From assembly GCA_964645535.1 (NCBI GenBank), contig CAZYCQ010000001.1, positions 32,001 to 96,000 of the forward strand: a stretch of 64,000 nt of DNA, in the 5' to 3' direction. The notes beneath the pieces were generated by a model. That model searched no databases and was not told where the DNA came from. It was given only the letters and a program-made list of their open reading frames with translations. The translations under genes and the position numbers were made by a program. Positions 1-9,593 of the stretch are shown piece by piece. This DNA comes from an uncultured archaeon. Its GTDB lineage: Archaea; Asgardarchaeota; Heimdallarchaeia; Heimdallarchaeales; Kariarchaeaceae. How positions within the stretch are numbered: position 1 is the stretch's first letter; each line of letters starts with the position of its first letter.

Positions 1-765
1 AATCATGTCAAATGACTTGGGCTCTTCCTTCAGTATTTGCTGGAGCCTGTCAACATCTGATTCAATTGAAGCTTTGAGATAAGCCGTTGAAATGGGTTTG
101 TTTCTTAAGAGTTGAGGTTGGTCGTAGCTAGGAATATGAATCTCGGTCGTTGCCTGCTGGATGAATTCCAAACCTTGGAAATACTGATCTAAAGATGAGG
201 AGAGATCGAGATAATAGAAATTTGGATTTAATGGAGTTAGGGACAGGAAGACCCCTGAGAAAAGCGCTTTATGTGCAGTTGAATAAAGAAAAGTGTGACC
301 TCTATGTGGTCCCGGGAAGGGTATGATGAGGAGTTTTGTCTTCCCAGTCTGTAGGGTATCTCCCCGATCTATTCCTACCAAACCTTCTATTTTCTTGGGG
401 AGATGTTTTTCTATCTCCTTCAATTTCGTGTGGTTGATGAAATGGTGTTGCAGATATTCGGATCGAGGTCTAGCAATTTCCTCCAGAATGGTTTTGTAAA
501 CGTGTATCTTGATATCCTTATATTCTTTTCTGAATTCCTTGATGGTCAGAAGTTCTGTAACTGTTACATTTGGAAGGTAAACTCTGAATTCCCCAATGTC
601 CAGATCAGAAATGGTTTCTGTCAGGTTATCAACCAGTTTTTTTCCCGATATCCCTATGAGAATGGCAGGATCATCTTTAATCAAATAGGCACCAAAGTTT
701 TCGCCACCGTCACCAAAACCACCAGAAATCTGGTAAAGGTTGTCTTTGATTGCTTCATAGCTCAT
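1..765 (-). CDS. Metallo-beta-lactamase-fold protein with degenerate metal ligands; runs off the window edge (not in the ORF track)
   Basis: Manual translation from ATG at 765 is open to position 1: MSYEAIKDNLYQISGGFGDGGENFGAYLIKDDPAILIG...LLIIPFPGPHRGHTFLYSTAHKALFSGVF...IHIPSYD. This is the MBL layout (AYLI, PG..GH..LY, LFSG), but HxHxDH is absent. Confidence 0.6.
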   Translation of the reverse strand, partial: MSYEAIKDNLYQISGGFGDGGENFGAYLIKDDPAILIGISGKKLVDNLTETISDLDIGEFRVYLPNVTVTELLTIKEFRKEYKDIKIHVYKTILEEIARPRSEYLQHHFINHTKLKEIEKHLPKKIEGLVGIDRGDTLQTGKTKLLIIPFPGPHRGHTFLYSTAHKALFSGVFLSLTPLNPNFYYLDLSSSLDQYFQGLEFIQQATTEIHIPSYDQPQLLRNKPISTAYLKASIESDVDRLQQILKEEPKSFDMI

Positions 766-827
766 ATTAGAATAAAATCATGCATAGTATAAAATTGATT
801 TCTAGCCCATATGAACGTTTAGCTCAT

Positions 828-1268
828 CTAAGCTTCAAGCATATCAATAGTGACTGAGGCCACACCAGGAATGGATTTGAACTCTTGTTTGATGGTATCA
901 ATGGACACGTTTTCAAGTTCTGAACTGTCGAAATAGCCTTCATAAACACAGGCATCTTGTGTGAAACATAATCCAGTGGAGTATAATGTTTTGATTCCTA
1001 GCCGGATAAAGATCGACCCCATCTGTCTCAAGAAATCAGGAGATAATTTCCCAATATTGATATTGATCTTGGCAACCGATGAGGAATTTGTTGGAATAAT
1101 CCGGATTATTCTAGTATTGGGAGCCAAGATAATGACCGCATATCTTCCCTGATCTGGTTGAAGGGCCTCAATGAATTTATCTGGCAATTTAATCGGATTA
1201 TTCTCGTCAATGACAGTCATATGGGCAATGGTTACTTCTGCTGGTTTTTTGGGTTCTTCTTCGCTCAT
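828..1268 (-). CDS. Putative AbrB-like N-terminal plus ACT-like domain regulator
   Basis: The N-terminus VIDENNPIKLPDKFIEAL resembles the AbrB/SpoVT hairpin. The C-terminal beta-alpha pattern ends in KSIPGVASVTI, typical of ACT domains. Confidence 0.5.
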   Translation of the reverse strand: MSEEEPKKPAEVTIAHMTVIDENNPIKLPDKFIEALQPDQGRYAVIILAPNTRIIRIIPTNSSSVAKININIGKLSPDFLRQMGSIFIRLGIKTLYSTGLCFTQDACVYEGYFDSSELENVSIDTIKQEFKSIPGVASVTIDMLEA

Positions 1269-1454
1269 CAGAATTCCTCGTCTAACTATGCATATTATTG
1301 ATTTATTCTTTTAAAGCTATTCCCCATTAAGTGAAGAAGAAAGCTTAGTTTTTGTATCGTTTTAGCAGATGCCCTAAAACCAATTTATGATTCCTTTTAA
1401 AAAATGGCACCAGAGTAGCCAAAAAGCTATAACTGGAGGATTTCAACATCAAAT

Positions 1455-2597
1455 ATGAATCTTCCAATCTATTGGACCGATCCTACAAACGTTGGTCCGT
1501 TCTCGACTGTTGTAGAGGAAAAGGAAGGGACAAAAATCAAGCTGAGAGACAAAATTCTTTATCCTGAAGGTGGCGGGCAACCGGCAGACAAAGGAATTAT
1601 AGAAATGAATGGAGCGAAAGTAGAAATCCTAGATGTAACGGAAATTTCAGGAGACATATGGGTAATAGTGGATAATCCAGATATTCTCAAAATAGGAAGT
1701 CCAGTAACCATTTGGGTAGATCACGAAAGACGACAGATCCTAAGACAAATGCATAGCGGTCAGCATTTGTTTTCAGCCATTCTGGAAAGTGAGTTCAACG
1801 CAAAAACCACAAGAGTTCAGATGTCTGAAGAAGAAAGTGAAATCAACACAGATGTGAAGCTGTCAGAGAGTCAACTAAATAAGGCAGAAGATTTGGTAAA
1901 TCAGAGAATACTGGAAAACCATCCCATTATCTCACAATTTGTCAAAAAGAACCAAGTTGAACTTGGGAGAATAAGAGGTGAAATGAAAATTGGAGAAATT
2001 GAGGGAGATGTGGTACGATTGGTGCAAATTGGAGAAAACGCGTCAATTGATCTGAATCCCTGTGGAGGAACACATTTGCATTCCACCTCAGAAATTGGCT
2101 TGTTCCTCATCACTTCAGTAGATGGAAAAAGAATAAAGTTCAAGTGTGGCAAACCGGCATTCCAATATGCGGTAAAGATTGCCCAAATGACTCGAAAATT
2201 AAGAAACGAGTTGTCTACCAAACCTGATAAAATGATCGAAAAAATCAGTTCAATGAAAGAAGAAGCAAAACGGGCTCGAAAGTCCCAAGAGAAACTGGCA
2301 CTTGACCTTCTTGAGAAACATTTGGTTTCAGATTATCCCTCCTCGGTTTTCATTGAGTTAGAACACATTCCAAGAGAAATATTCCAAAAATGGAAACCAA
2401 GCACTATTCCTAAGCAACCGATCTTTTTTGGACTTGAAAATAAATTCCTCGGAATTCTAGGTCATGATGATATGCTCGAGAAAAAAATAGACCAACTGAA
2501 GCAGATGGGATTCAAAGGGAATGGGAAAAAAGGAAAATACTTGTTCAAGTACTTGGGAAAAGCGCCAAACTATGATATCACTAGGGTTATAGAATAG
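1455..2597 (+). CDS. alaX: AlaX-type alanyl-tRNA editing protein
   Basis: LYPEGGGQPADKG motif plus Zn-binding editing motifs HSGQH and PCGGTH. Confidence 0.85.
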   Translation: MNLPIYWTDPTNVGPFSTVVEEKEGTKIKLRDKILYPEGGGQPADKGIIEMNGAKVEILDVTEISGDIWVIVDNPDILKIGSPVTIWVDHERRQILRQMHSGQHLFSAILESEFNAKTTRVQMSEEESEINTDVKLSESQLNKAEDLVNQRILENHPIISQFVKKNQVELGRIRGEMKIGEIEGDVVRLVQIGENASIDLNPCGGTHLHSTSEIGLFLITSVDGKRIKFKCGKPAFQYAVKIAQMTRKLRNELSTKPDKMIEKISSMKEEAKRARKSQEKLALDLLEKHLVSDYPSSVFIELEHIPREIFQKWKPSTIPKQPIFFGLENKFLGILGHDDMLEKKIDQLKQMGFKGNGKKGKYLFKYLGKAPNYDITRVIE

Positions 2598-2648
2598 AAC
2601 AATACATTACCTTTCACTAAGATGATTTATTAGATAAAACGAATTAAG

Positions 2649-4493
2649 ATGCTTATGGCCTATTTCAACTTGTATTGTGTAGACACCAACTTTTTCATTA
2701 CCCTTTATTCAGCTCAACCCAAGGATTTCAAAAGACTTGTTGCAGTCTTGCGTAAATTAAGGATTAAATTTGTCATCTCAGATTTTGTTCAAAGGGAAAT
2801 GAGATGGTATATGAGGAGACATATTGAACCTCATGTCAAAATTGAGGCAGTTGACAAAAGGAAACTTGCAGAATATGAAGCCAATTTGAAAAGAAAATTG
2901 GGGAGTTTGCCTCAAACTCCAGATGTCTCAGTGATTTTTGTGGCTGAAAAGCTTAAAATTCCAGTTGTGTCTTCAGATCTCAAACTTGTTGAAACAGCAG
3001 AAAAAATAGGAATTAAAACGTTCATGAACAGTGCCTTTGCCATTTTCTTGAAAAATCAATTGGAAGATGCTGAAGACAAGGCGTTACTAGATGAAGTCTA
3101 TTCAAAATTGTTCGCAGAAGAAATTTCCTATTCAGTTAAAGGTCAGCATGTTTACGATCCAGTTGTACGAATCAAAAAAATCATGGATTCTGCTTTGGAA
3201 GTGGTCAAATCACAGCAAGAATTAGAACAACTGTCCACTGTTCATGTCGCAGAGACCTCTTCCGAAGGGAAGTCGGAACCACAATTTGAATATCAAGAAT
3301 ATGAGGATCTCAAACAATTGACAACAGAGACCAGAACTGACCTCAGTGATTTTTTGGAAATGTTCGAGGAAGGAAGATTCAAAGACCTTAAGGTGGTTTT
3401 AGATGACCATTCCGATATGCTCATGGACAGATGTACAGAAGTCCGTCTATTGGGAGTCCCCGAAACTGATCTGGTATACAGGGAAGCAATTACTACTTTA
3501 GCTCATCTGCTTCTTCTTGGTGCAGCAGTAGATTTGAACCTTCAAAACCTGAAGGAAGCCGAAGCAAAAGTGGACCTTCTTCTTCTTCTAATATTTGAAA
3601 TACGGGAAGCAGCAGACCGACTTGAAATAGAGGTGCATCTCCAGAGAATCATTATATTTTTCTTGACAGGACAACTGAAAAGACTGAACATATATTTCTC
3701 TCCTAATTTCATGCAAAGATGCAGAGAAAACAATCGAGAAGATGTTGTCGAATTATTACGGACTTTTGCTATCATATCTGCCGTCTTGACAAACAATGAA
3801 GCCGAGAAAAGCGCTCAAGCACAAGACCTCTCGGAAATTGAATTTATTATTCAGCTCGGTTATCAATTTGTTTCAATAGGAAAACCGAAGAAAGCATGGT
3901 TATTGTTTGAGCAGGCAATTTATATGAGTATCAATTCAAAGATGACTGGACTCCTTTATGCTTTGTTCGAGATTATGCTGCCACTTCATTACTCTTCTGA
4001 TGGATTTTCTCCCAGTTTACCAGACCTTCTTGCATATACTAAAAAACAGATACAGGGAATTGATCTCAAAAGCTATGAACAAAGGTTAAAATTGAAAACC
4101 TCCTTCGATCCGTCCATTTTGATTAGGAGGCAGAAATCGGTCAATGCCCTTCCATCTAGTTATCAAGGATTTTTGGATGTGCTCTCTGTTGAACAGACTT
4201 CATTCAAAAATTTGGGACGGGCAAATTTGGTGAAGGTTGTTGATTGGCAAAGTCTCACACTAGTTGGAATAATTGATCCATCCTTAACCTTAGGGGAAGA
4301 CCTGACGGTAGGAACAAGCGTTAGGATTGTTTCAGGAAAAGTCAGGTTGGTGGAACCTCCTAAACGTCTCAAAGAGAGAACCGGAGTGACTCTTCTTATT
4401 GTTTGCATGAAAGACCCACGTTTCATTGTCAGAAGAGCAGGAACCATTTCTTTCGCAAAGCCCAAGGAAAAGATTGCAAGCTATGACCTATAG
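2649..4493 (+). CDS. PIN-domain protein with central helical/TPR-like region and C-terminal OB-fold-like domain
   Basis: PIN motifs VDTNFF, VQREM, PDVSV and SSDLKL. TPR-like LGYQFVSIGKPKKAWLLFEQAI. Beta-rich C-terminus resembles an OB fold. Confidence 0.6.
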   Translation: MLMAYFNLYCVDTNFFITLYSAQPKDFKRLVAVLRKLRIKFVISDFVQREMRWYMRRHIEPHVKIEAVDKRKLAEYEANLKRKLGSLPQTPDVSVIFVAEKLKIPVVSSDLKLVETAEKIGIKTFMNSAFAIFLKNQLEDAEDKALLDEVYSKLFAEEISYSVKGQHVYDPVVRIKKIMDSALEVVKSQQELEQLSTVHVAETSSEGKSEPQFEYQEYEDLKQLTTETRTDLSDFLEMFEEGRFKDLKVVLDDHSDMLMDRCTEVRLLGVPETDLVYREAITTLAHLLLLGAAVDLNLQNLKEAEAKVDLLLLLIFEIREAADRLEIEVHLQRIIIFFLTGQLKRLNIYFSPNFMQRCRENNREDVVELLRTFAIISAVLTNNEAEKSAQAQDLSEIEFIIQLGYQFVSIGKPKKAWLLFEQAIYMSINSKMTGLLYALFEIMLPLHYSSDGFSPSLPDLLAYTKKQIQGIDLKSYEQRLKLKTSFDPSILIRRQKSVNALPSSYQGFLDVLSVEQTSFKNLGRANLVKVVDWQSLTLVGIIDPSLTLGEDLTVGTSVRIVSGKVRLVEPPKRLKERTGVTLLIVCMKDPRFIVRRAGTISFAKPKEKIASYDL

Positions 4494-4522
4494 GAAAGTC
4501 ATTAAGCTTGAATAAATGAAGG

Positions 4523-5623
4523 GTGATTGAAATGGAAAAAAATGATGGATTGTATGGAAATTTCAAGGAGCCACCCGAATTTAGGGCAGATCCATTGCAA
4601 TCATATCAGATTGATGATGGAATCGTTGTTGGTTTTGTTACGGTTGTTGTTCCCGCTCGTGGAAAGAGACCAAGAGAAATCCATCCTGAAAAAAAGCAGG
4701 TCATGGATACGCCGAAGGATAATCTCCTATTGAAAATATCAAATGGTGAAGAATCTGCTATTGTGGTCTCAACCAATCACGAATTTGTTTCAAATCCTTT
4801 TGACATCAAATTGAAACCTAGCAAGAGGGAAATTAAAGCTGAAGCAGTAACTATCTTGAACAAATTTCCGATGTTTACTAAAAATGACAATGTATTCCCT
4901 CATGGTGTCATGCTAGTGACCTTTCCCACTAAGCAATTGTATTATCCCAGACATAATCCTGAAGCAGTTTATTGGATGCTAAAATCCATCCAAAATGCCT
5001 TGGAAGGATTGAAATCAATTAAGAAAAGTGGCTATCAAGTTTTGAACTTCTTCAATGTGGGACCAAATAGTGGAGCAAGCCTTCGACAACTCCATTCTCA
5101 GACCTATGTTTGGCGTCATTCGCTACCCGTTTATGGGAAGGAAGCAATGGCGTTTTATGAGGCATATAAGAGGAATGGCTGTTTAGCATGCCGTTTTATT
5201 GAAAATGGAATAATCTCGGATCCATTTGGAAATGAGGTCAGCATTGAATCTCTGAAAATTTTTGAGGATGAAAACGTAATTGTAATTTTTGCATTTGCCC
5301 CAATACGTCTCCTTCAAACCAGGGTCATTCTTAAAAGTCACAACGCTAATCTGTACACTCTTTCAGCCTCTCAATTGAAATCTTTGGCCAAAGGAATCGC
5401 CATTGCCGATGATGGTATTTTTGAGGTAAGTAGTTACATCAATTTCAGGTTTGAAGATAGATCAATTGCATTCAGGGAAAAATATGATGGTGATTTCCAT
5501 ATGATTGTTGATGTTCTGCCTGCATGGCCCCTTGCAGGTGCAGAATTGGTCTCTTCCATGACATTTGCCAGTCGCCCCCCAGAAAAAGCCGCCGAAATCT
5601 ATCGAGAACGCAAGCAAATATAA
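4523..5623 (+). CDS. GalT-like HIT-superfamily nucleotidyltransferase
   Basis: FFNVGPNSGASLRQLHSQ matches GalT N.G..AGAS..HPHxQ. Also CLAC, IFEDEN...FAP and DFHMIVDVLP...AGAE. Confidence 0.7.
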   Translation: MIEMEKNDGLYGNFKEPPEFRADPLQSYQIDDGIVVGFVTVVVPARGKRPREIHPEKKQVMDTPKDNLLLKISNGEESAIVVSTNHEFVSNPFDIKLKPSKREIKAEAVTILNKFPMFTKNDNVFPHGVMLVTFPTKQLYYPRHNPEAVYWMLKSIQNALEGLKSIKKSGYQVLNFFNVGPNSGASLRQLHSQTYVWRHSLPVYGKEAMAFYEAYKRNGCLACRFIENGIISDPFGNEVSIESLKIFEDENVIVIFAFAPIRLLQTRVILKSHNANLYTLSASQLKSLAKGIAIADDGIFEVSSYINFRFEDRSIAFREKYDGDFHMIVDVLPAWPLAGAELVSSMTFASRPPEKAAEIYRERKQI

Positions 5624-5666
5624 GTTGTCATCAATATCCTTATTTGCTGGAAGGAAATAACAAATT

Positions 5667-6005
5667 ATGAGCAAAAGACCAAAGCTGGAAATCGATGTTC
5701 CTGACGATGTGGCAGAATTTTTTATAACTGGAGCATTTGGGGGATTGAGCCCTGCAGGTGGCAACATTCTTTTCTATGTTGAAGACCCTGAAATCGCTAT
5801 GGATGAATTTGATCAACAGATCAAGGTTCGAAAGGTTGTTCGAAAGGGAAAAGTCATTTTGAGAATGTCGCCTTCAACTTTCAAAAGTATTGCATTATGG
5901 ATGAATGCAAATCTGGCGGCGTATGAATCTAAATTTGGTGAGATTTTTGTGCCAGAACATCTGAAATCTCAAAACAAAAATACCCCAATGGAAGATTTCC
6001 ATTAA
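5667..6005 (+). CDS. DUF3467-like small protein
   Basis: 112 aa; FFITGAFGG...ILRMSPSTFKSIALWM...YESKFGEI pattern. Confidence 0.55.
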   Translation: MSKRPKLEIDVPDDVAEFFITGAFGGLSPAGGNILFYVEDPEIAMDEFDQQIKVRKVVRKGKVILRMSPSTFKSIALWMNANLAAYESKFGEIFVPEHLKSQNKNTPMEDFH

Positions 6006-6012
6006 GTGGAAA

Positions 6013-6297
6013 ATGATGTGCCTGAAGATTGTAAAGGTTGAAGGGAGCAGTATGGAGCCATTTCTCCGACCAGGACAATTCGCAATTATCCGAAAAACTA
6101 AACAAGTGAAAATAGGGGATGTCATTTGTTTTCCAGATCCTCAAAATCCAAAATTGCTTTTGATCAAAAGAGTCCAAGCGATTAATGACAACTCTGCTTT
6201 TGTTATTGGAGATAATCTTACAAAAAGTCGGGACAGCAGGCATTTTGGAATGATAAGTAAGGGATCAATCATCGGAAAACTCCTATTCAAGATCTAA
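6013..6297 (+). CDS. sodX: Nickel-SOD maturation peptidase (S26 family)
   Basis: VEGSSMEPFL (Ser), LLIKRV (Lys) and GDN...SRDSRHFG motifs; no transmembrane anchor; lies directly upstream of sodN. Confidence 0.9.
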   Translation: MMCLKIVKVEGSSMEPFLRPGQFAIIRKTKQVKIGDVICFPDPQNPKLLLIKRVQAINDNSAFVIGDNLTKSRDSRHFGMISKGSIIGKLLFKI

Positions 6298-6340
6298 ACA
6301 TTGAGATTACCCGGTAAATCACTCAAAAATTAATTTATAA

Positions 6341-6390
6341 ACGAAAAGATTTATATAAATCCCCATTCAGATTTTTCTCGCTAGAGGTGA
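6341..6390 (+). promoter_or_regulatory. Archaeal BRE/TATA promoter and Shine-Dalgarno site for sodN
   Basis: CGAAAAGA followed by TTTATATA (6350-6357), within the palindrome ATTTATATAAAT (6349-6360). GAGGTGA at 6384-6390, 4 nt before the ATG. Confidence 0.6.
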
Positions 6391-6394
6391 AATC

Positions 6395-6889
6395 ATGAAC
6401 CTGATAAGAAAGACTCTTGAAATAGCAGATAAGTTACTTCACTTTGATGTCGCAAAGGCTCATTGTGACGTCCCCTGTGGGATCTATGACCCGCACCAGA
6501 TGCAAGTCGATGCCCATACGGTTCTTAGAATGATACAACTGATGCAAAACTTGGATCAAAACAATCCAGAGTATGCCCAAACCTACGCACGATATGTTGC
6601 TGTCAAGGAACATCATGCTGAAAATCTTAAAAGGGAGGTTAGAGTTCTTTGGGGAGACTACTTCAAACCCCAACATCAAGAACAATTCCCTGAGCTCACT
6701 GATTTGGTCTGGGACATCATGCGAACTGCATCACAGGCTCGCCAGCATGTTGACATGGATGCAGCAAAAGACTTGTTAAAGAAAGTACAAAGACTTGCTG
6801 AGATCTTTTTTGAAACCAAAGGCAAATCATACGCAAAACTTCCTGCCCCATATCCTACTGGAGAAACCATTGTAGTGCAGACAAACTGA
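6395..6889 (+). CDS. sodN: Nickel superoxide dismutase precursor
   Basis: 22-aa leader ending AKA, then the Ni-hook HCDVPCGIYDP; also VKEHHAE and VLWGDYFKP. Confidence 0.97.
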   Translation: MNLIRKTLEIADKLLHFDVAKAHCDVPCGIYDPHQMQVDAHTVLRMIQLMQNLDQNNPEYAQTYARYVAVKEHHAENLKREVRVLWGDYFKPQHQEQFPELTDLVWDIMRTASQARQHVDMDAAKDLLKKVQRLAEIFFETKGKSYAKLPAPYPTGETIVVQTN

Positions 6890-6934
6890 GAATTTAAGAA
6901 AAGAATGTCTTATTGAAATTCTTTTTAAGTTCTC
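6888..6934 (+). terminator. Imperfect inverted repeat immediately after the sodN stop
   Basis: GAGAATTTAAGAAAAGAAT...ATTCTTTTTAAGTTCTC can fold into a hairpin; T-rich sequence follows. Confidence 0.35.
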
Positions 6935-7041
6935 AAAGCCTATTTTTATCATGGAAATTTATAAAACATATATCTCTAAAATTTCAGACCAAGAAGAAAT
7001 ACCAACTAACCGTCAATTTCTTGCTCTGACCAAGCAGGAAA

Positions 7042-8913
7042 ATGAAGAGACCACATGGAGAAGGTTGGATAGACGAGAACGAGATGAGGAATTTCTGTTA
7101 CGGTTGGATTCCTCAACTTCAAGTTAAACGGTTGGCGGTTAAGATGCAAACCTCCATTGAAGCAGAAGCGAAGCTTCCACCACTTCTAGAAATGAGGTGG
7201 AAGTACTTGAAGACAGAAATGCACCGAATATGTGTCCATCATGAAAAGAAAGCTCTTATTAGAGCACTGCTTGCAGAAAGAGAACATCACACCACTGCAC
7301 CGACTCTTTCTGAAATCACAAAACTAACAGGGTTTGATGTTGCAATCCATACCATTGTAAATTGGGATTGGGAACCCAAGGGACAAGGGAATCTAGAAAT
7401 CGATGCAAAAATGATTGGGGATGTTGGAGCTGAGCTGATGGTTTTGCATGCCATCAGAGAATCAATTAAAAATCAGCTAATCAAGTTCGACGAAAATGAC
7501 TTGGAACTAACACCGCTAGGTTCAAGACATTTTGAAACTGTTAATTCTTTCAATGTGGACATAACGGGAAACAGGATTGATATAGCAAAAAAGAGGTTTA
7601 CGATTTCAAGAATGAATAAAACCCAGAGAGAGATGGATCCCGTCAACAAATTGAGGTCGGTAAGGAGACTTTATTGGGAAAATTCCATCATCATGCTCCT
7701 AAGGGCACCATTACCATTTTATAGGGCAATGAAATCCTTGACGCCAAAAGAGATTGATTTGACCATAGAACTCCTCAACAAGTTAACCGAAAAAGAGGAA
7801 AGCAATACAACTGGATTGAAAAAAGTACGTGTCCCCACGAAATCCACGATTTGCACTACTCTTCGGAAGTTGTCTCCAGAAAAAGGAGAGGACCGAAGAC
7901 CAAAGTTTGTAGCTTGCATCGAAGAAGAGGAAAATGAATCAAAGACTGAGTTTTCAATTGGAATTGGCGCACTAACCATGTTCGTCATGTTCCTCCAAGG
8001 GTTTAAGCGTGATCAACTTGATGAAAAAGCCAAACGGGCAGAATATGCAGTCAAAGATGTCATAGAGTTTTCAGATTATTGGGAAGTCGTTGAAACAAAC
8101 ACAGAAATCGTTGATGAGGGAGGAGAGACTGTAACCGAAATTGACATCATTGCTCGTTCCAAGAAGGATCCCGACCAATGGGTTCACTGCGAAGTTAAGG
8201 ATTTCAGTTACTGGAGAGGATGGATTTTTGGCAGGAATATCGAAATCAGAAGGCAATATTATGAAAAGGCTGTAGAAAAGTTGCCCATTAAGGAACAATA
8301 TATCAAAGAAAAATTTTCGTGCAAGAAAATAAAGTCATTTATTGTCACAAGCATCCCTGAAGCATTTGAGGAAATAAACGGGGTTCCATTGGTGTACCTG
8401 AGTGATCTCAGGGAAGTTCTTGCAAGCATAAATCACAGGCCATTTACTCCACGAAAAAGGTATTCCAGTCAAAATTTCCTGATACGGTACTTCAGAAGGT
8501 TGAAAAATGATTATGAAACCGCAAAAGAATCTGACAGCAAATTAAAGAAACTAGAAAAGAAGTATCGGGAACTGAAAAAAGAAGAAAACCAAATGAAAGA
8601 AAAATTTATCGAGAAAAAATCGCTTTTGGAAAAACACAATTCAACCTTGGCTACACTGAAAATGAGTCAAAAGTTTACCACGAAGAGACTGCTAAAAGAC
8701 GATGGATCAAAGCATTTCCAAATTGAAGAGGAACTTGCAAAGATCAAAAAGGACATCAAAAGAGTTCGAAGGGAGATGATCATTTGCCAAGAACGATATA
8801 AGGAAGTTGCTCTTGCCCTTAAAACAAAGCAAGCAGCCCTTAAGAAAATTAAAGAAGAAATTAACAGGCTAAAACAGAAAAAAGCAAGACTTCTTGCACC
8901 TAGAGGAATTTAA
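7042..8913 (+). CDS. Hypothetical protein with PD-(D/E)XK nuclease-like domain and long C-terminal coiled coil
   Basis: TEIDIIARSKKDPDQWVHCEVKD fits the restriction-endonuclease-like (E)xD...ExK core. The last ~135 aa are K/E-rich heptads. Confidence 0.6.
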   Translation: MKRPHGEGWIDENEMRNFCYGWIPQLQVKRLAVKMQTSIEAEAKLPPLLEMRWKYLKTEMHRICVHHEKKALIRALLAEREHHTTAPTLSEITKLTGFDVAIHTIVNWDWEPKGQGNLEIDAKMIGDVGAELMVLHAIRESIKNQLIKFDENDLELTPLGSRHFETVNSFNVDITGNRIDIAKKRFTISRMNKTQREMDPVNKLRSVRRLYWENSIIMLLRAPLPFYRAMKSLTPKEIDLTIELLNKLTEKEESNTTGLKKVRVPTKSTICTTLRKLSPEKGEDRRPKFVACIEEEENESKTEFSIGIGALTMFVMFLQGFKRDQLDEKAKRAEYAVKDVIEFSDYWEVVETNTEIVDEGGETVTEIDIIARSKKDPDQWVHCEVKDFSYWRGWIFGRNIEIRRQYYEKAVEKLPIKEQYIKEKFSCKKIKSFIVTSIPEAFEEINGVPLVYLSDLREVLASINHRPFTPRKRYSSQNFLIRYFRRLKNDYETAKESDSKLKKLEKKYRELKKEENQMKEKFIEKKSLLEKHNSTLATLKMSQKFTTKRLLKDDGSKHFQIEEELAKIKKDIKRVRREMIICQERYKEVALALKTKQAALKKIKEEINRLKQKKARLLAPRGI

Positions 8914-8951
8914 ACCAAAAGAAATTAAGAAAGAGAGCTCAATTTAGATTA

Positions 8952-9593
8952 ATGAATAAGGAGAAGACTACAGAAGTTATTGAGAAATTAAAGAAAGCAT
9001 ACCCCAATTCCAAAGTTTCTCTTGATTTCAATAATGCCTACGAATTGTTGGTTGCCACCATTCTTTCTGCTCAAACTACGGACAAAGCAGTGAACAAGGT
9101 TACCCCTGATTTATTTAGCAAGTTTCCCAATATTGAGGCATTGGCAGAGGCAGAAGTTGAAGAAGTAGCCCAAATTATCCGTACTCTTGGCTTTTACAAG
9201 ACAAAGGCAAAGAATCTGGTAAAAATGGCCAGAAAGGTTGTAGAAGAATTCAATGGAGAAATTCCTAGAAACATGGAGGATTTGACAAGCTTGCCAGGAG
9301 TCGGCAGAAAAACAGCCAATGTTGTTTTGGGAAATGCATTTGGGATTCCCGATTCGGGAATTACGGTTGATACGCATGTCAAACGGATAACTCGTAGACT
9401 TGGATGGACCAAGGAAGAAAAACCAGAGAAAATAGAAAAAGATCTAATGAAAATCATCCCCGTCAAATATTGGGTTGAATTTACACCCTTGATTATTGAT
9501 CATGGGAGGGCAATTTGTAGAGCACGAAAACCCATGTGTGAAAAATGCCCAATTGAGGAAGATTGCCCCAGTTCAACAATCCGCCAAGTATAG
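8952..9593 (+). CDS. nth: Endonuclease III
   Basis: LLVATILSAQTTD, HhH motif LPGVGRKTANVVL, VDTHV, and 4Fe-4S motif CRARKPMCEKCPIEEDC. Confidence 0.97.
   Translation: MNKEKTTEVIEKLKKAYPNSKVSLDFNNAYELLVATILSAQTTDKAVNKVTPDLFSKFPNIEALAEAEVEEVAQIIRTLGFYKTKAKNLVKMARKVVEEFNGEIPRNMEDLTSLPGVGRKTANVVLGNAFGIPDSGITVDTHVKRITRRLGWTKEEKPEKIEKDLMKIIPVKYWVEFTPLIIDHGRAICRARKPMCEKCPIEEDCPSSTIRQV

Noticed and set aside
403-792. 129-aa plus-strand ORF in the track
   Set aside because: It is the antisense shadow of the longer MBL-fold gene on the minus strand (1-765).
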